Of a stretch of 32,000 bases of DNA, positions 18,136 to 27,483 are shown piece after piece. This stretch comes from Wolbachia endosymbiont of Cimex lectularius. GTDB taxonomy: Bacteria; Pseudomonadota; Alphaproteobacteria; Rickettsiales; Anaplasmataceae. Both the position numbers and the translations under genes were made by a program. The stretch is from contig NZ_AP013028.1 of assembly GCF_000829315.1 (NCBI RefSeq), positions 780,001 through 812,000 of the forward strand. The letters run 5' to 3'. Position 1 is the first letter of the stretch, and each line of letters opens with the position of its first letter. The notes below the pieces were generated by a model. It saw nothing but the letters and a program-made list of their open reading frames with translations. It did no database searches and was not told the DNA's origin.

Positions 18136-18655
18136 TCTATTTTCAATATTGGCGTTTTTCATAACGCTGCGCGCTCTTAAATTACCTAGCCACAAATATT
18201 TAAGAAATTTACCAAGTGAAAAAAAAGCAAAGGAAGCCCCGTGGTGGCTAATTATTTACTTTTGTGTCGAAATATCGGCGTTTTTTTTATTCTAAACGCT
18301 TGATGAATGCGACTTAGCTGTTTTTTAATGCAACTAACCTTAGCTGCAAACATTTAAAAAATTTACTAAACAGAAAAAACAGCAAAAGAAATCCCGGTAG
18401 CTAGTTATTTACTATCTATCCTATAATATTGGCGTTTTTTTATGTTTTAAACGACTTATAAGCGCGTTTGAGCTTGTATAGGTAAAAAACCAGAAGTTTT
18501 AAAAAGACATACGGTGCACATAGTGCAAAAAATTAAACATGAGACGCCAGATATACTAAGTTTTTTTGTCATTTAATCTGCACAGACTGAAGATAAATAA
18601 TAGCTTCAACTTTATGATAATGGGTTTGGAGGAACTTGTCAAGTAGTTTTTTTGT
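18136..18655 (-). repeat. ~470-bp intergenic repeat family, copy B (with an extra partial unit)
   Basis: Collinear with 7113..7589. Tandem units start at about 18197 and 18351, with a partial third unit at 18136-18190. Confidence 0.85.
18614..18642 (-). promoter_or_regulatory. promoter TTGACA-N17-TATCAT inside repeat copy B
   Basis: TTGACA is the reverse complement of 18637-18642 and TATCAT of 18614-18619, with a 17-nt spacer. It lies 34 nt downstream of the ccmF stop, on the same strand. Confidence 0.55.
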
Positions 18656-18675
18656 GATGGTATAAAGGAGTCCTA

Positions 18676-20640
18676 TTAAAATCTTTTCAATAAAGGCAAA
18701 GCAGCAAGGAGCGAACCAAAAGCGATGAGGAAGGATCCAAGCCAGATTACAGGCATTCCAGGTTTATAGTGCACTTTAGTGGCGATCTTGCTCTTACTCT
18801 TATCAATCTCGCCAATTACAACATAAATATCAGAGAATAAATTGTGATAAGTACTGCTCTCAACATTCTTTTGACCCTCCACAAGATAAAATCTATATTC
18901 AGGAGTTACTTCGCCTAATATCTTGTTGTTCAATAGATTTCTAATATCCATTGTACCTCTCACTGCATGGAAATTTTTCTCTTTTATAGATTCAATATTT
19001 CGCAAAGTAACTTTGAATTTATTGACCGTTATGCTATCCCCTATTTTTAGGTAATTCTCCTTTTTTTCCTGCCAACCAACGGAATAGGCTATACCAAGCA
19101 CCAAAATTGCCACTCCAGCATGAGCGAGCATCATTGCATAGTAGGACTTGGAAACTCTTTTTGCTAGTAAAATTGATTCACTAAATGCTGCCTTAAATAA
19201 GCGAATTCTTTTACTGTATGCTTCCAAAACAAAGACTAATAGTGCTATGGAGATGGCAATTGATAGCACAATCATCAGCTCCATGTGAAGGACAAACGGC
19301 AAAATAGCTGCAGCGCTACAAAATGAGAATCTATATTCACGGAATATTGGCAACAGGCTATTCCCTTGCCAACGGCAGTATTGCCCAATTATCGTAAGGA
19401 CTAGAATAGCCAGTGCAATGGGGTTGAACAAGGAATTATAATACGGGGCTCCAACTGAAATAAGTTCGCCGGTTAAATATTCAAGCATCATAGGGTATAA
19501 AGTGCCAACGAATACGGCGAAAAAAGCAGTGATGAACAATAAATTGTTTATCAACATCATCGTGAAACGTGAGAAGAATTTTCTCTCCCTTGTCATCTGA
19601 GTGGTTTGCTTGCTTGCTTCTTTTTTTCTGGATTCCAGTGTCAAGCACTGGAATGACACTAGAGATGGACGATTTTTTCTTGTAAATACTACAAATATTA
19701 CTAAGCTACTGGCTGTAATTATACCAAGTAGGGCTAATATATACAGTCCATACTTTGGATCGTCAGCGAATGTGTGCACTGAAGCGAGTATTCCAGAGCG
19801 GACTAAAAATGTTCCAGTTACACTCAGTATAAAAGTTGTAAGCGTGAGCAAAATGGCAAAGTTTCTTAAAACATTGAAATTTCGTACCACAAGTAGCAGA
19901 TGTGTCAGCGCCACTGCAACTAACCATGGCATCAAAGAAACGTTTTCCACTGGATCCCAAAACCAAAATCCACCCCAACCAAGTTCACGGTATGCCCACC
20001 AACTGCCAAGGCTAATGCCCAAAGTAAGTAACGACCAAGAAACAAGCGCCCAAGGCCTGACAATTCTAGCCCAAACATTTCCCTCAGCGTTTGCAATGAG
20101 TCCAGCTATAGAGAGCGAAAAAGGAACGCTAAATCCAAGGTACCCCAAATACAATATCGGCGGATGAATAGCAAGACCGATATCTTGCAATATTGGGTTA
20201 AAACCGAGACCATCTGTTTCAATGCTTGGCATTTTAGTAAAAGGATTAGACTCAAATAAAGTGAACAACAAAAAACAAAAGCAAATCAAGCCTTGAGTGA
20301 TCAAGGATACCTTCTTCAATTTACTGTTATTATCAATAAAAATGCTCATCAGAAACAAGTAAAAGGCAAGCACTAAGGTCCAGAGCAACATAGACCCTTC
20401 TTTATTTCCCCAAACACCACAGATTTTATAGATCAAAGGCTTTGTCGTATGAGAGTAGTAATATACGTTTTCGAGTGAGAAATCGTCTGTAATGTGACAG
20501 TAAACCAAAACAGCCATTGATACCGATACACAGAAAAATATAGCAGTGGTAACGAACCGATAGGAACTGAGTGGTAGAAATAAATATGTTAGAGACAGTA
20601 AGCAGGCTACCAATAACAATATATTCCCAAGTTCAGGCAT
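18676..20640 (-). CDS. ccmF: cytochrome c-type biogenesis heme lyase subunit CcmF
   Basis: 654-aa polytopic protein with the WWD-type motif WGGFWFWDPVEN, and VGTLYPMM and GAPYYN blocks. Confidence 0.9.
   Translation of the reverse strand: MPELGNILLLVACLLSLTYLFLPLSSYRFVTTAIFFCVSVSMAVLVYCHITDDFSLENVYYYSHTTKPLIYKICGVWGNKEGSMLLWTLVLAFYLFLMSIFIDNNSKLKKVSLITQGLICFCFLLFTLFESNPFTKMPSIETDGLGFNPILQDIGLAIHPPILYLGYLGFSVPFSLSIAGLIANAEGNVWARIVRPWALVSWSLLTLGISLGSWWAYRELGWGGFWFWDPVENVSLMPWLVAVALTHLLLVVRNFNVLRNFAILLTLTTFILSVTGTFLVRSGILASVHTFADDPKYGLYILALLGIITASSLVIFVVFTRKNRPSLVSFQCLTLESRKKEASKQTTQMTRERKFFSRFTMMLINNLLFITAFFAVFVGTLYPMMLEYLTGELISVGAPYYNSLFNPIALAILVLTIIGQYCRWQGNSLLPIFREYRFSFCSAAAILPFVLHMELMIVLSIAISIALLVFVLEAYSKRIRLFKAAFSESILLAKRVSKSYYAMMLAHAGVAILVLGIAYSVGWQEKKENYLKIGDSITVNKFKVTLRNIESIKEKNFHAVRGTMDIRNLLNNKILGEVTPEYRFYLVEGQKNVESSTYHNLFSDIYVVIGEIDKSKSKIATKVHYKPGMPVIWLGSFLIAFGSLLAALPLLKRF
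19624..19668. repeat. short palindromic repeat embedded in the ccmF coding sequence
   Basis: TTCTGGATTCCAGTGTCAAGCACTGGAATGACACTAGAG contains an 8-bp stem, TTCCAGTG/CACTGGAA. A related copy (TTCTGGATTCCAGTGTCAGCTACTTGGATGACAGGAAGAG) lies in intergenic DNA at 24390-24434. Confidence 0.7.
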
Positions 20641-21160
20641 AAACTATAGTTATTTATATAATGATATTACTAATAACGAGTGAGGAGTTAAAGTTTTAAT
20701 ATAGGGAAAAACTAGCATGATGCCTCCATATTTTGCTGAGCTAACCACATTAACGGTAAGTAAAAATTAAATATTAAGTTTTATACTTTTACTGTGTAGC
20801 ATTAGTACTGGAGTAGCATTATGGGTGCAATCAAAATTAGTAAATCTCTATTTAGCAGAAGTAATAAAATAACAAAACAGTATGACGAACTAATAGTTGA
20901 AAAAAATCTCTATATTATTTTAGGTTTTAAAGGCAGAGAAGATTTTGAAAATAAGACAAGTAAGCTGTTTAATAATGATGAGAAGCAACTTAAAAAACTA
21001 CAAGATAAGCTATGGTATAGATTCGAAAAGAAAATAAAAGACGATAAAGGAAATAATAAAGCAGCTAAGGACATCAATAATACTATTAAAGAATCTAAGA
21101 CTACTGAAAGTAAACTAGATAGTTTATTGGAATTTAAAAAACAGCTACAAAGCTTTCTAA

Positions 21161-22021
21161 GAACCTGTTTAAAATCTTCGTAACAGGAGAGAAATAAAGG
21201 AGAGGACTATCATCTGTAAGCTAGTGTTGAGCTTCCGCTCGCAATTTTTCCACAATCGCCTGCACTTTTCTAACCAGGCAAAAGAGCGTTCAACAACCCA
21301 TCTTTTTGGCAATACGACGAAAGTGTGTAACTCACTTCGCTTTATTACTTCAACAGTCGCACCAATGATAGCTTTTATTTGTGTTGCAAAATTTTCTCCT
21401 GTGTAGCCAGCATCAACCAGTATGTTTTTAACTTCAGAGAGGTTTGCTTTAGCATTTTCGACCATTTTCACAGCACTGCTACGGTCAGTTGCTTCTGCCG
21501 TTGTTACATAAATTGCATGTGGCAAACCTTGTGTATCAACTGCAATATGGCGCTTTATCCCTGAAATCTTTTTACCTGCATCATAGCCTTTTTTTTTCAG
21601 CAGTATCTGCGTTTTTAACGCTTTGAGAATCAATTATACAAAAGCTAGTTTTCTCTTTCCGACCATTGCTGATACGGACCTCTCCAACTAATTTTTTTTA
21701 AGACTAATTCCAACAAGCTTGGCTCTTCTCCACTCTTTTTACTCCACACTCGAAAATAGTAATATACGCTTTCCCATCTTGGAAAACCCTTTGGTAACAT
21801 CCTCCACTGACAACCACTTTTTAAGACGTACAACACCCCACAAAATACGTCATACAAATCAAGTTTTCTTGGTTTTGTTTTCTGCTTGCTACTCTCCAAA
21901 ATTGGCCTGATTTTTTCAAACTGCTCTTGACTTATATTACTTGGATAACTTTTCTGCATAGACACCTCATTATTAATCTATGCTTACTTTACCTCACATT
22001 TCCAAGATTTTAAACAGGTTC
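21161..22021 (-). mobile_element. IS5-family insertion sequence, copy 3 (861 bp), TSD TAA
   Basis: Same termini as the other copies, flanked by TAA (21158-21160 and 22022-22024). Confidence 0.9.
21169..21965 (-). CDS. IS5-family DDE transposase (orfA 21965..21645, orfB 21633..21169; two frame changes needed)
   Basis: Identical to the other copies except for one substitution in orfA (KKSGEEP versus KKNGEEP). Confidence 0.85.
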
Positions 22022-22640
22022 TAAAAGACCAAAATGACCAAGGTATTGTGTTAAATACAATTAACCCTGCTAGTGCTGCACGTGTAATTGAAGTTAGTGG
22101 TATACATCCAAAAGAGCGTGATATTAAAAAATTGAAGAAAGCTCAACCTCTGACCTCTAACAAGCAGGATTTTGAAGACGCTTTAGGGTACATAGAATCA
22201 CAAGAAAAAGCTATTGGAATTATGTTAGAGGAACTTAGGGAATACAAGAAAAACTCTATTAAGATTTTTCTGTTGGGTTATACTGACCCACTGAAGAAAA
22301 AACACCCCAAATCACACGGCAAAAGAGAAGATGCTATATCAATATTATCAAGTAATGAGCTGAAGAATTTTTATGATAAAAGCATAGAAGAAGGAATGCT
22401 ACAACCAATGGCGTCTTATAAAGAGTACAAAAACCTATATGATAAAATGAACCAGGCGGAAAAAGAATCAAAGAGCATAATTGAAAGGAAAGAATGGGAG
22501 GAGAATTTGAAGAAAACAGATAAGTCGATAGTCAAAACAATCAACGACATAAAAAAATATAGAGAAGCAATCCTTAACTGTAAACACTTTCAAAACTCTT
22601 ACATAAAGGAAAAAGAGGAGCATCCATTTAGGAGTAAATC

Positions 22641-22952
22641 ATGCAGAAAATGATCGATATATATCAAGAAAGAATTGCTGGATATCAGGAGCAAATTCGT
22701 CAAAACTTAACCCAAATAAGAAAAATATTCAAAAGCATGCCACAGGAAACGAAAAGTCTATGTTGTGTGGAAGAATTCGAGGAATCAATGGATAATATGC
22801 ATGAAGCAAAGCAGGTTGATGAAAACTTTGATTTGGTTTTATCGAATATACAAAGCAAGTTAGATATTCAGCTGGAAAGAACGGGAAATCCTTCGATAGA
22901 ACTAGAAGAAGCCTTACACGTCAAGAGTAGAACTGAAGTAACTAGGTCATAA
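22641..22952 (+). CDS. hypothetical protein (coiled-coil-like), translationally coupled to the upstream gene
   Basis: ATG 22641 is preceded by AGGAG at the correct spacing and overlaps the upstream stop. Confidence 0.6.
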   Translation: MQKMIDIYQERIAGYQEQIRQNLTQIRKIFKSMPQETKSLCCVEEFEESMDNMHEAKQVDENFDLVLSNIQSKLDIQLERTGNPSIELEEALHVKSRTEVTRS

Positions 22953-23014
22953 TCTGTTTGACACTGGATATCTGATACAGTTATTCTAAACTAGGGGTTT
23001 TTGCCTCACTATTC

Positions 23015-23037
23015 TTGGCTGAAAGAGCCAAATTTTT
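23015..23037 (+). terminator. candidate rho-independent terminator
   Basis: TTGGCT-gaaag-AGCCAA hairpin (23015-23031) followed by a TTTTT run (23033-23037). Confidence 0.4.
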
Positions 23038-23043
23038 GAGACG

Positions 23044-23895
23044 ATGAAAACTATCAGCACTCTAATTCAAGAGGGATCAGAACTATTATTATCGCATAAA
23101 GTTGAGTCACCATGCCTAGATTGCGAAATCATCATGCAGCACGTTCTTGGCGTAGAAAGACCATTCATAATTATGAACTATGCTGATCAGGTGCCGATAG
23201 AGAAAGAACAACTATTTTGGAAATTAACAAAAAAAAGAGCAGAAAGGTATCCGATATCGCAAATAATAGGTAATCGCGAATTCTGGAGCAAAAATTTCAT
23301 AGTTAATCAGCATGTTTTGGACCCAAGACCAGACAGTGAAACAATAATCTTGGCAGTGTTAAAATATTACCCAAATAGAGGACAGAAACTAAAAATCGCA
23401 GATTTTGGCACAGGCACAGGTTGCTTACTGATATCCGTACTTAGCGAGTATGAGCATGCTGTTGGTATAGGTTTTGAAAAAAGCTTGGAAGCGTATAAGG
23501 TTGCCTGTCAGAACGTAAAAAAACATAATCTACCTAGCAGAGCTAGAATACTTCCAAGTTCGTGGACAGAGTGCAGAGGCTTGTTTGATCTTATAATTAG
23601 CAATCCTCCATATATCAAAAGCAGTAAATTAGAAAACCTGCAAGCAGAAGTGCAAAAAGAACCGAAAATGGCCCTTGATGGCGGTATTGATGGTTTGAGC
23701 TGTTACTTGAGTATTTTTCCAATATTGAAAAAGTGCCTTAAAAAGAATGGGTTTGCAATATTGGAAATAGGCGAAGATCAAAACGATATCGACAAAATCA
23801 TCCCCTCATATGGGTTATCTTTTCAAGAGTATGTATATGACTTGGCGGGAATGAAAAGATGCATTGTTGTGAAACAAGATAAAGAACATAACTAA
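23044..23895 (+). CDS. prmC: release factor glutamine N5-methyltransferase PrmC (HemK)
   Basis: 283 aa, with the AdoMet motif IADFGTGTGCL and the catalytic IISNPPYI (NPPY). Confidence 0.9.
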   Translation: MKTISTLIQEGSELLLSHKVESPCLDCEIIMQHVLGVERPFIIMNYADQVPIEKEQLFWKLTKKRAERYPISQIIGNREFWSKNFIVNQHVLDPRPDSETIILAVLKYYPNRGQKLKIADFGTGTGCLLISVLSEYEHAVGIGFEKSLEAYKVACQNVKKHNLPSRARILPSSWTECRGLFDLIISNPPYIKSSKLENLQAEVQKEPKMALDGGIDGLSCYLSIFPILKKCLKKNGFAILEIGEDQNDIDKIIPSYGLSFQEYVYDLAGMKRCIVVKQDKEHN

Positions 23896-23923
23896 TTTCT
23901 TTCTTTCTGAATTCTAGTATCAT

Positions 23924-24382
23924 CCAATAGAAACAAAAAAACTACTTGACAACCTTCACCGTTACCCTTATAATAATATTGAAGCTATTCATTTAACTTC
24001 GCAATCTGCAGATTAAAACGACAAAGGAAACTTTGTATTTTGTGTCTCATGTTTAAATTTTTGCACTATGTGCACCTCACGTCTTTTTAAAACTTCTGCT
24101 TTTTACCTGTACAAGCTGAAACGCGCTTATAAGTCGTTTAAGACAGTATAGAACGTCAAATAGAACAAGGGAGAATTTGAATACTAGCTGCTCTGGGTTT
24201 CTTTTACCTTTTTTTTCTGCTTAGTAAATTTCTTAGCACTTAAGCTAAGGGTCTGTTGCAGTTTAAAAGCAGCTAAATTGCAGCGTTTAAGGCATAAAAA
24301 CGCCAATACTAAAAATAAATACCGACCAGGGCTTCTTTTGCTTTTTTTCTCATCTGGTAAATTTCTTAAATATTTATTGCTA
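23924..24382 (+). repeat. ~470-bp intergenic repeat family, copy C (inverted relative to A and B; most diverged)
   Basis: Its reverse complement aligns with 7113..7589 and 18185..18655. Confidence 0.8.
23946..23974 (+). promoter_or_regulatory. consensus promoter TTGACA-N17-TATAAT inside repeat copy C
   Basis: TTGACA at 23946-23951, a 17-nt spacer, TATAAT at 23969-23974. It lies 50 nt downstream of the prmC stop, on the same strand. Confidence 0.6.
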
Positions 24383-24880
24383 AAATAGTATTCTGGATTC
24401 CAGTGTCAGCTACTTGGATGACAGGAAGAGGATGCTGGAATGATACCATCATAGAACTTCAGCTATACTCTATGATTTTACATATTAATTTAATTATTTA
24501 TATCTTTTTGCTAAGATGTAAATTATACTGATATGGAAATTTACGCTTTTTTTAGGGAAATCACTTTATGCTTGATATTGAAGGATTAACAAATTAGAGG
24601 TTAAAGTTATGACAATCAATCGACAAGTAAATAAAAATATAACTAAAGAAGAGTATTTCAACAATGGTGGTAAGGGATTTAACTCACCACATATTGTAGA
24701 AATAGAAGAACTAAATATCAAAGTAGAGGTTTATTCTCATAATTTAAGAGCAAGTAAAGTTCCTAAAATTGAAAGTGAGATAAGAGAAACAGCTACTAAT
24801 TTTAAAGGTGCATTTAAATTGGAACCTTGCAGTTCAGAACAAACATTCAAGATTTATATGTTTGACGATAAGGATGATTA

Positions 24881-25741
24881 GAACCTGTTTAAAATCTTGA
24901 AAATGTGAGGTAAAGTAAGCATAGATTAATAATGAGGTGTCTATGCAGAAAAGTTATCCAAGTAATATAAGTCAAGAGCAGTTTGAAAAAATCAGGCCAA
25001 TTTTGGAGAGTAGCAAGCAGAAAACAAAACCAAGAAAACTTGATTTGTATGACGTATTTTGTGGGGTGTTGTACGTCTTAAAAAGTGGTTGTCAGTGGAG
25101 GATGTTACCAAAGGGTTTTCCAAGATGGGAAAGCGTATATTACTATTTTCGAGTGTGGAGTAAAAAGAATGGAGAAGAGCCAAGCTTGTTGGAATTAGTC
25201 TTAAAAAAAATTAGTTGGAGAGGTCCGTATCAGCAATGGTCGGAAAGAGAAAACTAGCTTTTGTATAATTGATTCTCAAAGCGTTAAAAACGCAGATACT
25301 GCTGAAAAAAAAAGGCTATGATGCAGGTAAAAAGATTTCAGGGATAAAGCGCCATATTGCAGTTGATACACAAGGTTTGCCACATGCAATTTATGTAACA
25401 ACGGCAGAAGCAACTGACCGTAGCAGTGCTGTGAAAATGGTCGAAAATGCTAAAGCAAACCTCTCTGAAGTTAAAAACATACTGGTTGATGCTGGCTACA
25501 CAGGAGAAAATTTTGCAACACAAATAAAAGCTATCATTGGTGCGACTGTTGAAGTAATAAAGCGAAGTGAGTTACACACTTTCGTCGTACTGCCAAAAAG
25601 ATGGGTTGTTGAACGCTCTTTTGCCTGGTTAGAAAAGTGCAGGCGATTGTGGAAAAATTGCGAGCGGAAGCTCAACACTAGCTTACAGATGATAGTCCTC
25701 TCCTTCATTTCTCTCCTGTTACGAAGATTTTAAACAGGTTC
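24881..25741 (+). mobile_element. IS5-family insertion sequence, copy 4 (861 bp), TSD TTA
   Basis: Same termini as the other copies, flanked by TTA (24878-24880 and 25742-25744). Confidence 0.9.
24937..25733 (+). CDS. IS5-family DDE transposase (orfA 24937..25257, orfB 25269..25733; two frame changes needed)
   Basis: Frame 1 (orfA) runs to the A8 run at 25203-25210. Frame 2 encodes LVGEVRISNGRKEKTSFCIIDSQSVKNADTAEKK and runs to the A9 run at 25305-25313. Frame 0 encodes [33 protein letters not shown]. Confidence 0.85.
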
Positions 25742-26559
25742 TTACACTCACCTTGGTGGAAGCAATTCTTTTGGATTTAACCTTGGAGATGAAGGGGGTA
25801 TGTGTCGTTCAGGGAGTGGTAATGTTTGTGCTGAAATGTACGTCTATCAGAAAGGTGGTGTTCTTAACCTCCAGCATGAATTTGCACATGGTTTAACTTA
25901 CTTGGCGGGAGGCAAACAAGTATTCAAAAATTCTCCTAAAGCATTAACGGAGGGAATTGCAGATTATTTTGAACACTATTCAGACCACAAGTTCAATGCT
26001 CAAGGATTAAGCATTGACAAAACTGAGGCTGCAAGTTTGGATTTAAGTAAAATCTTAGAATTAAAATACTCAACCGATGATGAAAAGGATAGTCTTGTTT
26101 ATAAAACTGGTCATGCGCTAGTAATGTATTTACAGGAAAAACATCCTAGTTTATTGCGAGACTATCTAGAAGCTTTGCGCAAAGGCGACTTACATAAGTC
26201 AGAAGGCTTTCTCTCTCAAATAAAAGGTCAAGATGATGCTTTCAAGGGCTGGCTTGCTGAAAATAATACAGACACTGCAATGGAGAAAATCAATGCCCTG
26301 CAAGTTACAAAAGGGGATTTTATAGCAACTGGTCAAGAAATAGTGGATAAAGAAATTAAAAATGTATCCTATTATAGAGCCGACATAAAAACAATGGATG
26401 GAGAAGAGGTTGGAAGTTTCTCTCCTGTAGAACATGTTGCGTTTTATGATGTTGCTCGTGCTGTTAACAGGGCAACAAATGATAGTCTCGATATATCAAA
26501 GGAATATCACTTCTTAAAGGTAATAAGAACTGATGGACAGAACAAATTAGTCTATTCCG

Positions 26560-27468
26560 ATGAGAGATGAGAATGGTAATGAGTATCGAAACAGTCAAGA
26601 GTATAAAGATCAGGCTTTCAGAATACTATCGAAATATGATGAAAATTTAAAGGAGGCTTATGATGAAGGATTGAAAATTTTGGATCAGAAAAGCCAAGAG
26701 GCATATCATAAAATAGGTAGAGAACTTGGTGAAAGGAAGATTTCTTATGAAGAATACCTAGAAAAATATCGTTCAATTCCCTCTAAATATGAAGAATTAA
26801 AAAACTCTTTGCTCGATAAAGTGGTAAATACTGGTTTAAAACAAGTAAGGGAAACTAAGAACATCGATGTAGAAAAGATTTTAGAAGAGATGATCAATAT
26901 CAATCCAAGCTTGATCAGAGGTGCTCATATTGATCTGCAGGAAGGTAAGATTTTCTCTATAAAAGCTCTTGGTCAAGGAAATATGGGTGCGCTGTCTATA
27001 TATGATGGACATACAAAACTTGGAGAATTATCGAGTGAATCAGGATTCTTTAAGCAAGTTGAAGGCCAAACTAAAGAAACTTTTTTCTTTGAAGATATAT
27101 TGCACAACTTGAGTACTCGATATGAAGGCGGTGCTTATATGGCGGTTACAAAAGAAAATGGTTATTATAAAGCTTCCCTGGTAGATAGCAGAATAGTTGA
27201 ACGTGATGAATATTTCGATGAAGCACATTTACACGAAAATGAATTGTTGCATCCTAATGTTGGACATATTCAAGGGGATTTAGATCCTTTACTCCTTAAG
27301 GGAGCCAAAATTTTGAGTCATAAGGATTCAAAGCATGCTCAATATTCTAATGAGCAAAGAGAAAATGGAGTAATCGTGGAAGAAGGAGAGTTACTGGATA
27401 ATAAAGGAACCGATAGGACAGACGACGATGTATACGAAGCTGTCGTGAAACAGAAAGGCGAGCACTGA
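26560..27468 (+). CDS. hypothetical protein (possibly a fragment of one larger ancestral gene)
   Basis: A 302-aa ORF that overlaps the upstream ORF by 11 nt in the +1 frame. It has no RBS and no recognisable domain. Confidence 0.55.
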   Translation: MRDENGNEYRNSQEYKDQAFRILSKYDENLKEAYDEGLKILDQKSQEAYHKIGRELGERKISYEEYLEKYRSIPSKYEELKNSLLDKVVNTGLKQVRETKNIDVEKILEEMININPSLIRGAHIDLQEGKIFSIKALGQGNMGALSIYDGHTKLGELSSESGFFKQVEGQTKETFFFEDILHNLSTRYEGGAYMAVTKENGYYKASLVDSRIVERDEYFDEAHLHENELLHPNVGHIQGDLDPLLLKGAKILSHKDSKHAQYSNEQRENGVIVEEGELLDNKGTDRTDDDVYEAVVKQKGEH

Positions 27469-27483
27469 TATGAATTCAAAAAT

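Larger units (their letters stand above)
20821..22653 (+). pseudogene. Lys/Glu-rich hypothetical protein gene split by IS copy 3
   Basis: 20821..21160 and 22025..22653 join in frame (969 nt) once the IS and one TAA are removed: ..KQLQSFL|KDQNDQGIVLNTINPASAARV.. The ORF-track tail RTCLKSS is encoded by the IS end. Confidence 0.75.
24609..26570 (+). pseudogene. HExxH metalloprotease gene (collagenase/M9-like), split by IS copy 4
   Basis: 24609..24880 and 25745..26570 join in frame (1098 nt): ..KIYMFDDKDD|YTHLGGSNSFGFNLGDEGG..VLNLQHEFAHGLTY..ALTEGIADYFEH. The stop TAG at 24879-24881 is created by the IS junction. The RBS AGAGG precedes ATG 24609. Confidence 0.75.

Noticed and set aside
19601-20167. 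A 188-aa plus-strand ORF, and other long antisense ORFs such as 7894..8358, 10626..10895 and 12203..12469
   Set aside because: They are fully embedded antisense in well-supported membrane-protein genes (ccmF, ccmC, yidC, the protease). This is the typical shadow-ORF pattern.
20890-20960. NLYIILGFKG..: a J-domain-like start in the IS-split hypothetical protein
   Set aside because: It has no HPD tripeptide and no further J-domain helices. The resemblance is limited to a few residues.
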